64,000 nucleotides of DNA from Camelus dromedarius (GCF_036321535.1 NC_087436.1:1736001-1800000); one strand, 5' to 3'; positions 24,665 through 39,800 are shown, numbered from the stretch's first letter. Notes: generated from the sequence alone by a model not told the origin. Numbers and translations are program-made.

Positions 24665-27245
24665 AAGGAAGGCTTTCACACACATTTATCTCTCAGAACT
24701 GAGCATGTGAAGTGTGTTCGTTCATCGAGCACAAAGGGAACGGGTTGCAGGAGAAAATTTTACTCTGGTTTCTCATTCTGTTTCCTAGCGCCGGTTTGAA
24801 ATTCCTGCAGTTTTCACTGTAAAACAGAGTTGGAGCTAGTACCTCCCCATATATATGTATGGAGTGGGGTTTGCAACTGAAAAGAAAATGTGTTCCCAAG
24901 AAGCTAGGTGAAGGACGGCTTTCACACACACTTATCTCTCAGACCTGAGCATGTGAAGAGTGTTCGTTCATCTAGCACAAAGGGAACGGGATGCAGGAGT
25001 AACTTTTACTCTGGTTTCTCAGTCTGTTTCCTAGTGCCGGTTTGAAGTTCCTGCAGTTTTCACTGTAAAACAGAGTTGGAGCTAGTACCTCCGCATATAT
25101 ATGTATGGATTGGAGTTTGCAACTGAAAAGAAACTTTGTGTTCCCAACAAGCTAGGTGAAGGACGGCTTTCACACACACTTATCTCTCAGAAATGAGCAT
25201 GTGGATAGACGTTCGTTCATCTAGCACAAAGGGAACGGGATGCAAGAGAAAATTTTACTCTGGTTTCTCAGTCTGTTTCCTAGTGCCGGTTTGAAGTTCC
25301 TGCAGTTTTCACTGTAAAACCGTTGGAGCTAGTACCTCCCCATATATATATATGGAGTGGAGTTTGCAACTGAAAAGAAACTTTGTGTTCCCAAAAAGCT
25401 AGGTGAAGGACGGCTTTCACCCACACTTATCTCTCAGAATTGAGCATGTGGAGAGACGTTCTTTCACCTAGCAAAATTGGAACGAGTTGCAGTAGTAACT
25501 TTTACTCTGGTTTCTCAGTCTGTTTCCTAGTGCCATTTTGAAGTTCCTGCAGTTTTCACTGTAATACCGAGTTGGAGCTAGTACCTCCCCATAAATATGG
25601 TTGGAGTGGAATTTGCAACTGAAAAGAAACTTTGTGTTCCCTAAAAGCTAGGTGAAGGACGGCTTTCACACACACTTATCTCTTAGAACTGAGCATGCGG
25701 AGAGACGTTCGTTCATCTAGCACAAAGGGAACTGGTTGCAGGAGAAATTTTACTCTGGTTTCTTAGTCTGTTTCCTAGTGCCGGTTTGAAGTTCCTGCAG
25801 TTTTCACTGTAAAACCGAGTTTCAACTAGTACCTCCACATATATATGTATGGAGTGGAGTTTGCAACTGAAAAAAAACTTTGTGTTCCCAACAAGCTAGT
25901 TGAAGGACGACTTTCACACACACTTATCTCTCAGAACTGAGCATGTGAAGAGTGTTCGTTCATCTAGCACAAAGGGAACGGGTTTCAGGAGAAACTTTTA
26001 CTCTGGTTTCTCAGTCTGTTTCCTAGTGCCGGTTTAAAGTCCCTGCAGTTTTCTCTGTAAAACCGATTTGGAGCTAGTACCTCACCATATATATGTATGG
26101 AGTGGTGTTTGCAATAGAAAATAAACTGTGTTCCCAAGAAGCTAGGAGAAGGACGGCTTTCACACCCAATTATCTCTCAGAACTGAGCATGTGAAGTGTG
26201 TTCGTTCATCTAGCACAAAGGGAACGGGCTTCAGGAGAAACTTTTTCTCTGGTTTCTCAGTCTGTTTCCTATTGCCGGTTTGATGTTCCTGCTGTTTTCA
26301 CTGTAAAACAGAGTTGGGGCTAGTACATACCCATATATATGTATGGAGTGGAGCTTGCATCTGAAAAGAAACTTTGTGTTCCCCACAAGCTAGGTGAAGG
26401 ACGGCTTTCACACACACTTATCTCTCAGAACTGAGCATGTGAAGAGTGTTCGTTCATCTAGCACAAAGTGAACGGGATGCAGGGGAAACTTTTACTCAGG
26501 TTTCTCAGTCTGTTTCCTGTTGTCGGTTTGAAGTTCCAAAGTTTTCACTGTAAAACCGATTTGGAGCTAGTACCTCCCCATAAATATATATGGAGTGGAG
26601 TTTGCAACTGAAAAGAATCTTTGTGTTCCCAAAATGCTATGTGAATTACGGCTTTCACACACACTTATCTCTCAGAACTGAGCATGTGGAGAGACTTTCG
26701 TTCACCTAGCAAAAAGGGAACGAGTTGCAGGAGTAACTTTTACTCTGGTATCTCAGTCTGTTTCCTAGTGCCATTTTGAAGTTCCTGCAGTTTTCACTGT
26801 AATACCGAGTTGGAGCTAGTACCTCCCCATAAATATGTTTGGAGTGGAATTTGCAACTGAAAAGAAACTTTGTGTTCCCTAAAATCTAGGTGAAGGACGG
26901 CTTTCACACACACATATCTCTTAGAACTGAGCATGCGGAGAGACGTTCGTTCATCTAGCACAAAGGGAACTGGTTGCAGGAGAAATTTTACTCTGGTTTC
27001 TCAGTCTGTTTCCTAGTGCCGGTTTGAAGTTCCTGCAGTTTTCACTGTAAAACCGAGTTTCAGCTAGTACCTCCCCATATATATGTATGGAGTGGAGTTT
27101 GCAACTGAAAAGAAACTATGTGTTCCCAACAAGCTAGTTGAAGTACGGCTTTCACACACATATATCTCTCAGAACTGAGCATGTGAAGAGTGTTCGTTCA
27201 TCTAGCACAAAGGGAATGGGTTTCAGGAGAAACTTTTACTCTGGT
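24665..27245. repeat. About 10-monomer block, first copy; repeated at ~30861-33440 and partly at ~37590-39400
   Basis: AAGGAAGGCT occurs at 24665 and 30861, and GACCTGAGC at 24942 and 31138 (offset 6196). GCAAAATTGG occurs at ~25471, ~31669 and ~37623. Confidence 0.9.
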
Positions 27246-30200
27246 TTCTCAGACTTTTTCCTAGTGCCGGTTTGAATTTCCTGCAGTTTTCACTGTAAAA
27301 CCGAGTTGGAGCTAGTACCTCCCCATATATAAGTATGGAGTGGAGTTTGCAACTGAAAAGAAACTTTGTGTTCCCTACAAGCTAGTTGAAGGACGGCTTT
27401 CACACACACTTATCTCTCAGAAATGAGCATGTGAAGAGACGTTCGTTCATCTAGCACAAAGGGAAAGTGTTGCAGGAGAAACTTTTACTCTGGTTTCTCA
27501 GTCTGTTTCCTAGTGCAGGTTTGAATTTCCTGCAGTTTTCACTGTAAAACCGAGTTGGAGCTAGTACATTCCCATATATATGTATGGAGTGGGGTTTGCA
27601 ACTGAAAAGTAAATATGTGTTCCCAAAAAGCTAGGTGAAGTACGGCTTTCACACACACTTATCTCTCAGAACTGAGCATGTGGAGAGACGTTCGTTCACC
27701 TAGCAAACAAGGAATGATTTGCAGGAATAACTTTTACTCTGGTTTTCAGTCTGTTTCCTAGTGCCATATTGAAGTTCCTGCAGTTTTCACTGTAATAACG
27801 AGTTGGAGCTTGTACCTCCCCATAAATATGTATGGAGTGGAGTTTGCAACTGAAAAGAAACTTTGTGTTCCCAACAAGCTAGGTGAAGAACGGCTTTCAC
27901 ACACAATTTTCTCTCAGAACTGAGCATGTGGAGAGACGTTCGTTCATAAAGCACAAAGGGATCGGGATGCAGGAGAAACTTTTACTCTGTTTCTCAGTCA
28001 GTTTCCTAGTGCCGGTTTGAAGTTCCTGCTGTTTTCACTGTTAAACCGAGTTGGAGCTAGTACCTCCCCATATATATGTATGGATTGGAGTTTGAAACTG
28101 AAAAGAATCTTTGTGTTCACAAGAAGCTAGGTGAAGTAATGCTTTCACACACACTTATCTCTCAGAACTGAGCATGTGGAGAGACGTTCGTTCATCTAGC
28201 ACAAAGGGAACCGGTTGCAGGAGAAATTATATCTCTGGTTTCTCAGTCTGTTTCCTAGTACCGGTTTGAAGTTCCTGCAGTTTTCACTGTAAAACCGAGT
28301 TGGAGCTCGTACCTCCCCTTATATATATATGGATTGGAGTTTGTAAGTGAAAAGAAACTTTGTGTTCCCATCAAGCTATGTGAAGGACGGCTTTCACACA
28401 CACTTATCTCTCAGAACTGAGCATGTGGAGAGACGTTCGTTCATCTAGCACAAAGGGAACCGGTTTCAGGAGAAATTTTACCTCTGGTTCCTCAGTCTGT
28501 TTCCTAGTGCCGGTTTGAAGTTCCAGCACTTTTCACCGTAAAACCGATTTGGAGCTCGTACCTCCCCATATATATATATGGAGTGGAGTTTGCAAATGAA
28601 AAGAAACTTTGTGTTCCCAACTAGCTAGGTGTAGTACGGCTTTGACACACACTTTTCTCTCAGAACTGAGCATCTGGAGAGACGTTCGTTCATCTAGCAC
28701 AAAGGGAACGGTTTGCAGGAGAAACTATTACTCTGGTTTCTCAGTCTGTTTCCTAGTTCTGGTTTGAAGTTCCTGCAGTTTTCACTGTAAAACCGAGTTG
28801 GAGCTCGTACCTCCCCATATATATGTATGGAGTGGAGTTTGCAACTGAAAAGAAACATTTTCCCAACAAGATAGATGAAGGACGGCTTTCACACACACTT
28901 ATCTCTCAGAACTTATCATGTGGAGAGACGTTCGTTCATCTAGCACAAAGGGAACGGGTTGCAGGAGAAATTTTTCTTTGGTTTCTCAGTCTGTTTCTTA
29001 GTGCCGGTTTGAAGTTCCAATAGATTTCACTGTAAAATCGAGTTGGAGCTCGTACCTCCCCATATATATGTATGGAATGGAGTTTGTAACTGAAAAGAAT
29101 CTTTGTGTTCCCAACAAGCTAGTTGAAGGACGGCTTTCACACACACTTATCTCTCAGAACTGAGCATGTGCAGAGAATTTCATTCATCTAGCACAAAGGG
29201 AACGGGTTGCAGGAGAAACAATTACTCTGGTATCTCAGTCTGTTTCCTAGTGCCGGTTTGAAGTTCCTGCATTTTTCACTGTAAAACCGATTTGGAGCTC
29301 GTACCTCCCCAGATATATGTATGGAGAGGTGTTTGCAAGTGAAAACAAACTTTGTGTTCCCAACAAGATAAGTGAAGGACGGGTTTCACACACATTATCT
29401 CTCAGAACTGAGCTTGTGGAGAGACGTTCGTTCATCTAGCACAAAGGGAACAGGTTGCAGGAGAAACTTTTACTCTTTTTCTCAGTCTGTTTCCTAGTGC
29501 CGGTTTGAAGTTCCTGCAGTTTTCACTGTAAAACCGAGTTGTTGCTAGTACCTCCCCATATATATATATGGAGTGGAGTTTGCAACTTAAAAGAAACATT
29601 GTGTTCCCAACAAGCTATGTGAAGGACGGCTTTCTCACACACTTGTCTCTCAGAACTGAGCATGTGGAAAGACGTTCGTTCATCTAGCACAAAGGGAACG
29701 GGTTGAAGGAGAACCTTTTTCTCCGGGTTCTCTTTCTGTTTCCTAGTGCCGGTTTGAAGTTACTGCAGTTTTCAAATTAAAACCAAGTTGGAGCTCGTAC
29801 CTCCCCATATATATGTATGGAGTGGAGTATGCAAGTGAAAAGAAACTTTGTGTTTCCAACAAGCTAGTTGAAGGACAGGTTTCACACACAATTATCTCTC
29901 AGAACTGAGCATGTGGAGAGACTTTCGTTCATCTAGCACAAAGGGAACAGGTTGCAGGAGAAACTTTTACTGTGGATTCACAGTCTGTTACTTAGTGCTG
30001 GTTTGAAGTTCCTGCAGTTTTCACTGTAAAACCGAGTTGGAGCTATTACCTCCTCTATATATGTATGGAGTGGAGTTTGCAAATGAAAGAAGCTTTGTGT
30101 TCCCAACAAGCTATGTGAACGCCGGCTTTCACACACAGTTATCCCTCAGAACTGAGCATGTGGAGAGACGTTCGTTCATCTAGCACAAAAGGAACGGGTT

Positions 30201-30860
30201 GTAGGAGAAATTTTTACTCTGGTTTCTCAGTCTGTTTCCTAGTGCCGGTTTGAAGTTCCTGCAATTTTCACTATAAAACCGAGTTGGAGCTAGTACCTCC
30301 CCTATATATGTATGGAGTGGAGTTTGCAAGTGAAAAAAACTTTGTGTTCCCAACAAGCTAGTTGAAGGACGGGTTTCACACACAATTATCTCTCAGAACT
30401 GAGCATGTGGAGAGAAATTCGTTCATCTAGCACAAAGGGAACAGGTTGCAGGAGAAACTTTTACTGTGGATTCACAATCTGTTACCTAGTGTCGGTTTGA
30501 AGTACCTGCAGTTTTCACTGTAAAACCGAGTTGGAGCTATAACCTCCCCTATATATGTATGGAGTGGAGTTTCCAACTGAAAAGAAACTTTGTGTTCCCA
30601 CAAGCTAGGTAAAGGACGACTTTCACACACACTTATCTCTCAGAACTGAGCATGTGGAGAGACGTTCGTTCATCTTGCACAAAGGTAACGGGTTGCAGAA
30701 GAAACTTTTTCTCTGTATTCTCAGTCTGTTTCCTAGTGCCGGTTTGAAGTTCCTACTGTTTTAACTGTAAAATCGAGTTTGGGCTTGTACCTACCCATAT
30801 ATATATATGGAGTGGGGTTTGCATCTGAAAAGAAACTTTGTGTTCCCCACAAGCTAGGTG

Positions 30861-33800
30861 AAGGAAGGCTTTCACACACATTTATCTCTCAGAACTGAGC
30901 ATGTGAAGTGTGTTCGTTCATCTAGCACAAAGGGAACGGGTTGCAGGAGAAATTTTTACTCTGGTTTCTCATTCTGTTTCCTAGCGCCGGTTTGAAATTC
31001 CTGCAGTTTTCACTGTAAAACAGAGTTGGAGCTAGTACCTCCCCATATATATGTATGGAGTGGGGTTTGCAACTGAAAAGAAAATGTGTTCCCAAGAAGC
31101 TAGGTGAAGGACGGCTTTCACACACACTTATATCTCAGACCTGAGCATGTGAAGAGTGTTCGTTCATCTAGCACAAAGGGAACGGGATGCAGGAGTAACT
31201 TTTACTCTGGTTTCTCAGTCTGTTTCCTAGTGCCGGTTTGAAGTTCCTGCAGTTTTCACTGTAAAACAGAGTTGGAGCTAGTACCTCCGCATTTATATGT
31301 ATGGATTGGAGTTTGCAACTGAAAAGAATCTTTGTGTTCCCAACAAGCTAGGTGAAGGACGGCTTTCACACACACTTATCTCTCAGAAATGAGCATGTGG
31401 ATAGACGTTCGTTCATCTAGCACAAAGGGAACGGGATGCAGGAGAAAATTTTACTCTGGTTTCTCAGTCTGTTTCCTAGTGCCGGTTTGAAGTTCCTGCA
31501 GTTTTCACTGTAAAACCGTTGGAGCTAGTACCTCCCCATATATATATATATGGAGTGGAGTTTGCAACTGAAAAGAAACTTTGTGTTCCCAAAAAGCTAG
31601 GTGAAGGACGGCTTTCACCCACACTTATCTCTCAGAATTGAGCATGTGGAGAGACGTTCGTTCACCTAGCAAAATTGGAACGAGTTGCAGTAGTAACTTT
31701 TACTCTGGTTTCTCAGTCTGTTTCCTAGTGCCATTTTGAAGTTCCTGCAGTTTTCACTGTAATACCGAGTTGGAGCTAGTACCTCCCCATAAATATGGTT
31801 GGAGTGGAATTTGCAACTGAAAAGAAACTTTGTGTTCCCTAAAAGCTAGGTGAAGGACGGCTTTCACACACACTTATCTCTTAGAACTGAGCATGCGGAG
31901 AGACGTTCGTTCATCTAGCACAAAGGGAACTGGTTGCAGGAGAAATTTTACTCTGGTTTCTTAGTCTGTTTCCTAGTGCCGGTTTGAAGTTCCTGCAGTT
32001 TTCACTGTAAAACCGAGTTTCAACTAGTACCTCCCCATATATATGTATGGAGTGGAGTTTGCAACTGAAAAAAAACTTTGTGTTCCCAACAAGCTAGTTG
32101 AAGGACGACTTTCACACACACTTATCTCTCAGAACTGAGCATGTGAAGAGTGTTCGTTCATCTAGCACAAAGGGAACGGGTTTCAGGAGAAAATTTTACT
32201 CTGGTTTCTCAGTCTGTTTCCTAGTGCCGGTTTAAAGTTCCTGCAGTTTTCTCTGTAAAACCGATTTGGAGCTAGTACCTCACCATATATATGTATGGAG
32301 TGGTGTTTGCAATAGAAAATAAACTGTGTTCCCAAGAAGCTAGGTGAAGGACGGCTTTCACACCCAATTATCTCTCAGAACTGAGCATGTGAAGTGTGTT
32401 CGTTCATCTAGCACAAAGGGAACGGGTTTCAGGAGAAACTTTTACTCTGGTTTCTCAGTCTGTTTCCTATTGCCGGTTTGATGTTCCTGCTGTTTTCACT
32501 GTAAAACCGAGTTGGGGCTAGTACATACCCATATATATGTATGGAGTGGAGCTTGCATCTGAAAAGAAACTTTGTGTTCCCCACAAGCTAGGTGAAGGAC
32601 GGCTTTCACACACACTTATCTCTCAGAACTGAGCATGTGAAGAGTGTTCGTTCATCTAGCACAAAGTGAACGGGATGCAGGAGAAACTTTTACTCTGGTT
32701 TCTCAGTCTGTTTCCTGTTGTCGGTTTGAAGTTCCACAGTTTTCACTGTAAAACCGATTTGGAGCTAGTACCTCCCCATAAATATATATGGAGTGGAATT
32801 TGCAACTGAAAAGAATCTTTGTGTTCCCAAAATGCTATGTGAATTACGGCTTTCACACACACTTATCTCTCAGAACTGAGCATGTGGAGAGACTTTCGTT
32901 CACCTAGCAAAAAGGGAACGAGTTGCAGGAGTAACTTTTACTCTGGTATCTCAGTCTGTTTCCTGGTGCCATTTTGAAGTTCCTGCAGTTTTCACTGTAA
33001 TACCGAGTTGGAGCTAGTACCTCCCCATAAATATGTTTGGAGTGGAATTTGCAACTGAAAAGAAACTTTGTGTTCCCTAAAATCTAGGTGAAGGACGGCT
33101 TTCACACACACATATCTCTTAGAACTGAGCATGCGGAGAGACGTTCGTTCATCTAGCACAAAGGGAACTGGTTGCAGGAGAAATTTTACTCTGGTTTCTC
33201 AGTCTGTTTCCTAGTGCCGGTTTGAAGTTCCTGCAGTTTTCACTGTAAAACCGAGTTTCAGCTAGTACCTCCCCATATATATGTATGGAGTGGAGTTTGC
33301 AACTGAAAAGAAACTATGTGTTCCCAACAAGCTAGTTGAAGGACGGCTTTCACACACACATATCTCTCAGAACTGAGCATGTGAAGAGTGTTCGTTCATC
33401 TAGCACAAAGGGAATGCGTTTCAGGAGAAACTTTTACTCTGGTTTCTCAGTCTGTTTCCTAGTGCCGGTTTAAAGTTCCTGCAGTTTTCTCTGTAAAACC
33501 GAGTTGGAGCTAGTACCTCCCCATATATATGTATGGAGTGGGGTTTGCAACAGAAAAGAAACTGTGTTCCCAAGAAGCTATGTGAAAGACGGCTTTCACA
33601 CCCAATTATCTCTTGGAACTGAGCATGTGAAGTGTGTTCGTTCATCTAGCACAAAGGGAAAGTGTTGCAGGAGAAACTTTTACTCTGGTTTCTCAGTCTT
33701 TTTCCTAGTGCCGGTTTGAAATTCCTGCAGTTTTCACTGTAAAACCGAGTTGGAGCTTGTACTTCCCCATATATATTCATGGAGTGGAGTTTGCAACTGA

Positions 33801-36800
33801 AAAGAATCTTTGTGTTCCCAACAAGCTAGGTGAAGGACGGCTTTCACACACACTTATCTCTCAGAACTGAGCATGTGGAGAGACGTTCGTTCATCAAGCA
33901 CAAAGGGAACGGGTTGCAGATGAAAATTTTACTCTGGATTCTCAGTCTGTTTCCTAGTGCCGGTTTGAAGTTCCTGATGTTTTCACTGTAAAACCGAGTT
34001 GGGGCTAGTACCTCCCCATATATATGTATGGCGTGGAGTTTGCAACTGAAAGGAAACTTTGTGTTCCCAAAATGCTAGGTGAATGACGGCTTTCACCCAC
34101 ACTTATCTCTCAAAATTGAGCATGTGGAGAGACTTTCGTTCACCTAGGAAAAGGGGAACGAGTTGCAGGAGTCACTTTTACTCTGGTTTCTCAGTCTGTT
34201 TCCTAGTGCCGGTTTAAAGTTCCTGCAGTTTTCTCTGTAAAACCGAGTTGGAGCTAGTACCTCCCTATATATATGTATGGAGTGGTGTTTGCAACAGAAA
34301 AGAAACTGTGTTCCCAAGAAGCTAGGTGAAGGACGGCTTTCACACCCAATTATCTCGCAGAACTGAGCATGTGAAGAGTGTTCTTTCATCTAGCACAAAG
34401 GGAACGGGTTTCAGGAGAAACTTTTACTCTGGTTTCTCAGTCTGTTTCCTAGTGCCGGTTTGAAGTTCCTGCAGTTTTCACTGTAAAACCGAGTTGGAGC
34501 TAGTACCTCCCCATATATATGTATGGAGTGGAGTTTGCAACTTAAAAGAATCTTTGTGTTCCCAACAAGCTAGGTGAAGGACGGCTTTCACACACACTTA
34601 TCTCTCAGAACTGAGCATGTGGAGAGACTTTCGTTCATCTAGCACAAAGGGAAAGGGATGCAGGAGAAACTTTTACTCTGGATTCTCAGTCAGTTTCCTG
34701 TTGTCGGTTAGAAGTTCCTGCAGTTTTCACAGTAAAACCGATTTGGAGCTAGTGCCTCCCCATAAATATATATGGAGTGGAGTTTGCAACTGAAAAGAAT
34801 CTTTGTGTTCCCAAAATGCTAGGTGAAGGACGGCTTTCACACACACTTATCTCTCAGATCTGAGCATGTGGAGAGACTTTCGTTCATCACGCACAAAGGG
34901 AACTGGTTGCAGGAGAAAGTTTTACTCTGTTTCTCAGTCTGTTTCCTAGTGCCGGTTTGAAGTTCCTGCAGTTTTCTCTGTAAAACCGAGTTGGAGCTAG
35001 TACCTCCCCATATATATGTATGGAGTGGAGTTTGCAACTGAAAAGAAACTTTGTGTTCCCAACAAGCTAGGTGAAGGACGGCTTTCACACACACTTATCT
35101 CTCAGAAATGAGCATGTGGAGAGACGTTCGTTCATCTAGCACAAAGGGAACGGGTTGCAGGAGAAACTTTTACTCTGGTTTCTCAATCTGTTTCCTAGTG
35201 CCGGTTTGAAGTTCCTGCAGTTTTCACTGTAAAACAGTTGGAGCTAGTACCTCCCCATATATATGTATGGAGTGGAGTTTGCAACTGAAAAGAATCTTTG
35301 TGTTCCCAACAAGCTAGGTGAAGGACGGCTTTCACACACACTTATCTCTCAGAACTGAGCATGTGGAGAGACGTTCGTTCATCTAGCACAAAGGGAACGG
35401 GTTGCAGAATAAACTTTTTCTCTGTATTCTCAGTCTGTTTCCTAGTGCCTGTTTGAAGTTCCTGCTGTTTTCACTGTAAAACCGAGTTGGGGCTAGTACC
35501 TACCCATATATATGTATGGAGTGGAGTTTGCATCTGAAAAGAAACTTTGTGTTCCCCACAAGGTAGGTGAAGGACGGCTTTCACACACACATATCTCTCA
35601 GAACTGAGCATGTGGAGAGACGTTCGTTCATCTAGCACAAAGGGAAAGGGTTGCAGGGGAAAGTTTTACTCTGGATTCTCAGTCTGTTTCCTAGTGCCGG
35701 TTTGAAGTTCCTGCAGTTTTCACTGTAAAACCGAGTTGGAGCTAGTACCTCCCCATATATATATATGGGGTGGAGTTTGCCACGGAAAAGAAACTTTGTG
35801 TTCCCAACAAGCTAGGTGAAGGACGGCTTTCACACACACTTTTCTCTCAGAACTGAGCATGTGGAGAGACGTTCGTTCATAAAGCACAAAGGAACGGGTT
35901 GCAGGAAAACTTTTACTCTGTATCTCAGTGTGTTTCCTAGTGCCGGTTTGAAGTTCCTGCAGTTTTCACTGTAAAACCGATTTGGAACTACTACCTCCCC
36001 ATATATATGTATGGAGTGGAGTTTGCAACTGAAAAGAAACTTTGTGTTCCCAACAAGCAATGTGAAGGACGGCTTTCACACACACTTATCTCTCAGAAAT
36101 GAGCATGTGGAAAGACGTTCGTTCATCTAGCACAAAAGGAACGGGTTGCAGGCGAAACTTTTACTCTGGTTTCTCAGCCTGTTTCCCAGTGCCGGTTTGA
36201 AGTTCCTGCAGTTTTCACTGTAAAACCGAGTTGGAGCTAGTACATCCCCATATATATGTATGGAGTGGAGTTTGCACCTGAAAAGAAACATTGTGTTCCC
36301 AACAAGCCAGGTGAAAAGCGGCTTTCACACACAATTATCTCTCAGAACTGAGCATGTGGAGAGTCATTCGTTCATCTAGCACAATGGGAAAGGTTTGCTT
36401 GAGAAACTTTTACTCTGGGTTCTCCGTCTGTTTCCTAGTGCCGGTTTGAATTTCCTGCAGTTTTCATTGTAAAACCGAGTTGGGGCTAGTACCTAACCAT
36501 ATATATATATGGAATGGAATTTGCAACTGAAAAGAAACTTTGTGTTCCCAACAAGCTAGGTGAAGCACGGCTTTCACACACAATTATCTCTCAGAACTGA
36601 GCATGTGGAGAGACGTTCGTTCATCTAGCACAAAGGGAACGGGTTGCAGGAGAATGTTTTTCTCTGGTTTCTCAGTCTTTTTTTTAGTGCCGGTTTGAAG
36701 TTCCTGCAGTTTTCACTCTAAAACCGATTTGGGGCTAGTACCTCCCCATATATATGTATGGAGTGGAGTTTGCAACTGAAAAGAAACTTTGTGTTCCCAA

Positions 36801-39800
36801 CAAGCCAAGTGAAGTACGGCATTCACACACACACTTATCTGTCAGAAATGAGCATGTGGAGAGACGTTCGTTCATCTAGCACAAAGGGAACGGGTTGCAG
36901 GAGAAACTTTTACTCTGGTTTCTCAGTCTGTTTCCTAATGCCGGTTTGAGGTTCCTGCAGTTTTCACTGTAAAACCGAGATGGAGCTAGTACATATGCAT
37001 ATATATGTATGGAGTGGAGTTTGCAACTGAAAAGAAACATTGTGTTCCCAACAAACTATGTGAAGGACGGCTTTCTCACACACTTGACTCTCAGAACTGA
37101 GCATGTGGAAAGACGTTCGTTCATCTAGCACAAAGGGAACGGGTTGAAGGAGAACCTTTTTCTCCGGGTTCTCATTCTGTTTCCTAGTGCCGGTTTGAAG
37201 TTACTGCAGTTTTCAAAGTAAAACCAAGTTGGAGCTATTACCTCCTCTATATATGTATGGAGTGGAGTTTGCAAATGAAAGAAGCTTTGTGTTCCCAACA
37301 AGCTATGTGAACGCCGGATTTCACACACAGTTATCCCTCAGAACTGAGCATGTGGAGAGACGTTCGTTCATCTAGCACAAAAGGAACGGGATGCAGGAGT
37401 AACTTTTACTCTGGTTTCTCAGTCTGTTTCCTAGTGCCGGTTTGAAGTTCCTGCAGTTTTCACTGTAAAACCGAGTTGGGGCTAGTACCTCCCCATATAT
37501 ATGTATGGAGTGGAGTTTCCAACTGAAAAGAAACTTTGTGTTCCCACAATCTAGGTAAAGGACGGTTTTCACACACACTTATCTCTCAGAATTGAGCATG
37601 TGGAGAGACGTTCATTCACCTAGCAAAATTGGAACGAGTTGCAGGAGTAACTTTTACTCTGGTTTCTCAGTCTGTTTCCTAGTGCCATTTTGAAGTTCCT
37701 GCAGTTTTCACTGTAATACCGAGTTGGAGCTAGTACCTCCCCATAAATATGGTTGGAGTGGAATTTGCAACTGAAAAGAAACTTTGTGTTCCCTAAAAGC
37801 TAGGTGAAGGACGGCTTTCACACACACTTATCTCTTAGAACTGAGCATGCGGAGAGACGTTCGTTCATCTAGCACAAAGGGAACTGGTTGCAGGAGAAAT
37901 TTTACTCTGGTTTCTTAGTCTGTTTCCTAGTGCCGGTTTGAAGTTCCTGCAGTTTTCACTGTAAAACCGAGTTTCAACTAGTACCTCCCCATATATATGT
38001 ATGGAGTGGAGTTTGCAACTGAAAAAAAACTTTGTGTTCCCAACAAGCTAGTTGAAGGACGGCTTTCACACACACTTATCTCTCAGAACTGAGCATGTGA
38101 AGAGTGTTCGTTCATCTAGCACAAAGGGAACGGGTTTCAGGAGAAACTTTTACTCTGGTTTCTCAGTCTGTTTCCTAGTGCCGGTTTAAAGTTCCTGCAG
38201 TTTTCTCTGTAAAACCGATTTGGAGCTAGTACCTCACCATATATATGTATGGAGTGGTGTTTGCAATAGAAAATAACCTGTGTTCCCAAGAAGCTAGGTG
38301 AAGGACGGCTTTCACACCCAATTATCTCTCACAACTGAGCATGTGAAGTGTGTTCGTTCATCTAGCACAAAGGGAACGGGTTTCAGGAGAAACTTTTACT
38401 CTGGTTTCTCAGTCTGTTTCCTATTGCCGGTTTGATGTTCCTGCTGTTTTCACTGTAAAACCGAGTTGGGGCTAGTACATACCCATATATATGTATGGAG
38501 TGGAGCTTGCATCTGAAAAGAAACTTTGTGTTCCCCACAAGCTAGGTGAAGGACGGCTTTCACACACACTTATCTCTCAGAACTGAGCATGTGAAGAGTG
38601 TTCGTTCATCTAGCACAAAGTGAACGGGATGCAGGAGAAACTTTTACTCTGGTTTCACAGTCTGTTTTCTGTTGTCGGTTTGAAGTTCCACAGTTTTCAC
38701 TGTAAAACCGATTTGGAGCTAGTACCTCCCCATAAATATATATGGAGTGGAGTTTGCAACTGAAAAGAATCTTTGTGTTCCCAAAATGCTATGTGAATTA
38801 CGGCTTTCACACACACTTATCTCTCAGAACTGAGCATGTGGAGAGACTTTCGTTCACCTAGCAAAAAGGGAACGAGTTGCAGGAGTAACCTTTACTCTGG
38901 TTTCTCAGTCTGTTTCCTAGTGCCATTTTGAAGTTCCTGCAGTTTTCACTGTAATACCGAGTTGGAGCTAGTACCTCCCCATAAATATGTTTGGAGTGGA
39001 ATTTGCAACTGAAAAGAAACTTTGTGTTCCCTAAAATCTAGGTGAAGGACGGCTTTCACACACACATATCTCTTAGAACTGAGCATGCGGAGAGACGTTC
39101 GTTCATCTAGCACAAAGGGAACTGGTTGCAGGAGAAATTTTACTCTGGTTTCTCAGTCTGTTTCCTAGTGCCGGTTTTAAGTTCCTGCAGTTTTCACTGT
39201 AAAACCGAGTTTCATCTAGTACCTCCCCATATATATGTATGGAGTGGAGTTTGCAACTGAAAAGAAACTATGTGTTCCCAACAAGCTAGTTGAAGGACGG
39301 CATTCACACACACATATCTCTCAGAACTGAGCATGTGAAGAGTGTTCGTTCATCTAGCACAAAGTGAATGGGTTTCAGGAGAAACTTTTACTCTGGTTTC
39401 TCAGTCTGTTTCCTAGTGCCGGTTTAAAGTTCCTGCAGTTTTCTCTGTAAAACGGAGTTGGAGCTAGTACCTCCCCATATATATGTATGGAGTGGAGTTT
39501 GCAACAGAAAAGAAACTGTGTTCCCAAGAAGCTATGTGAAAGACGGCTTTCACACCCAATTATCTCTTGGAACTGAGCATGTTAAGTGTGTTCGTTCATC
39601 TAGCACAAAGGTAACGGGTTTCAGGGAAACTTTTACTCTGGTTTCTCAGTCTTTTTCCTAGTGCCGGTTTGAAGTTCCTGCAGTTTTCACTGTAAAACCC
39701 AGTTGGAGCTTGTACCTCCCCATATATATTTATGGAGTGGAGTTTGCAACTGAAAAGAATCTTTGTGTTCCCAACAAGCTAGGTGAAGGACGGCTTTCAC

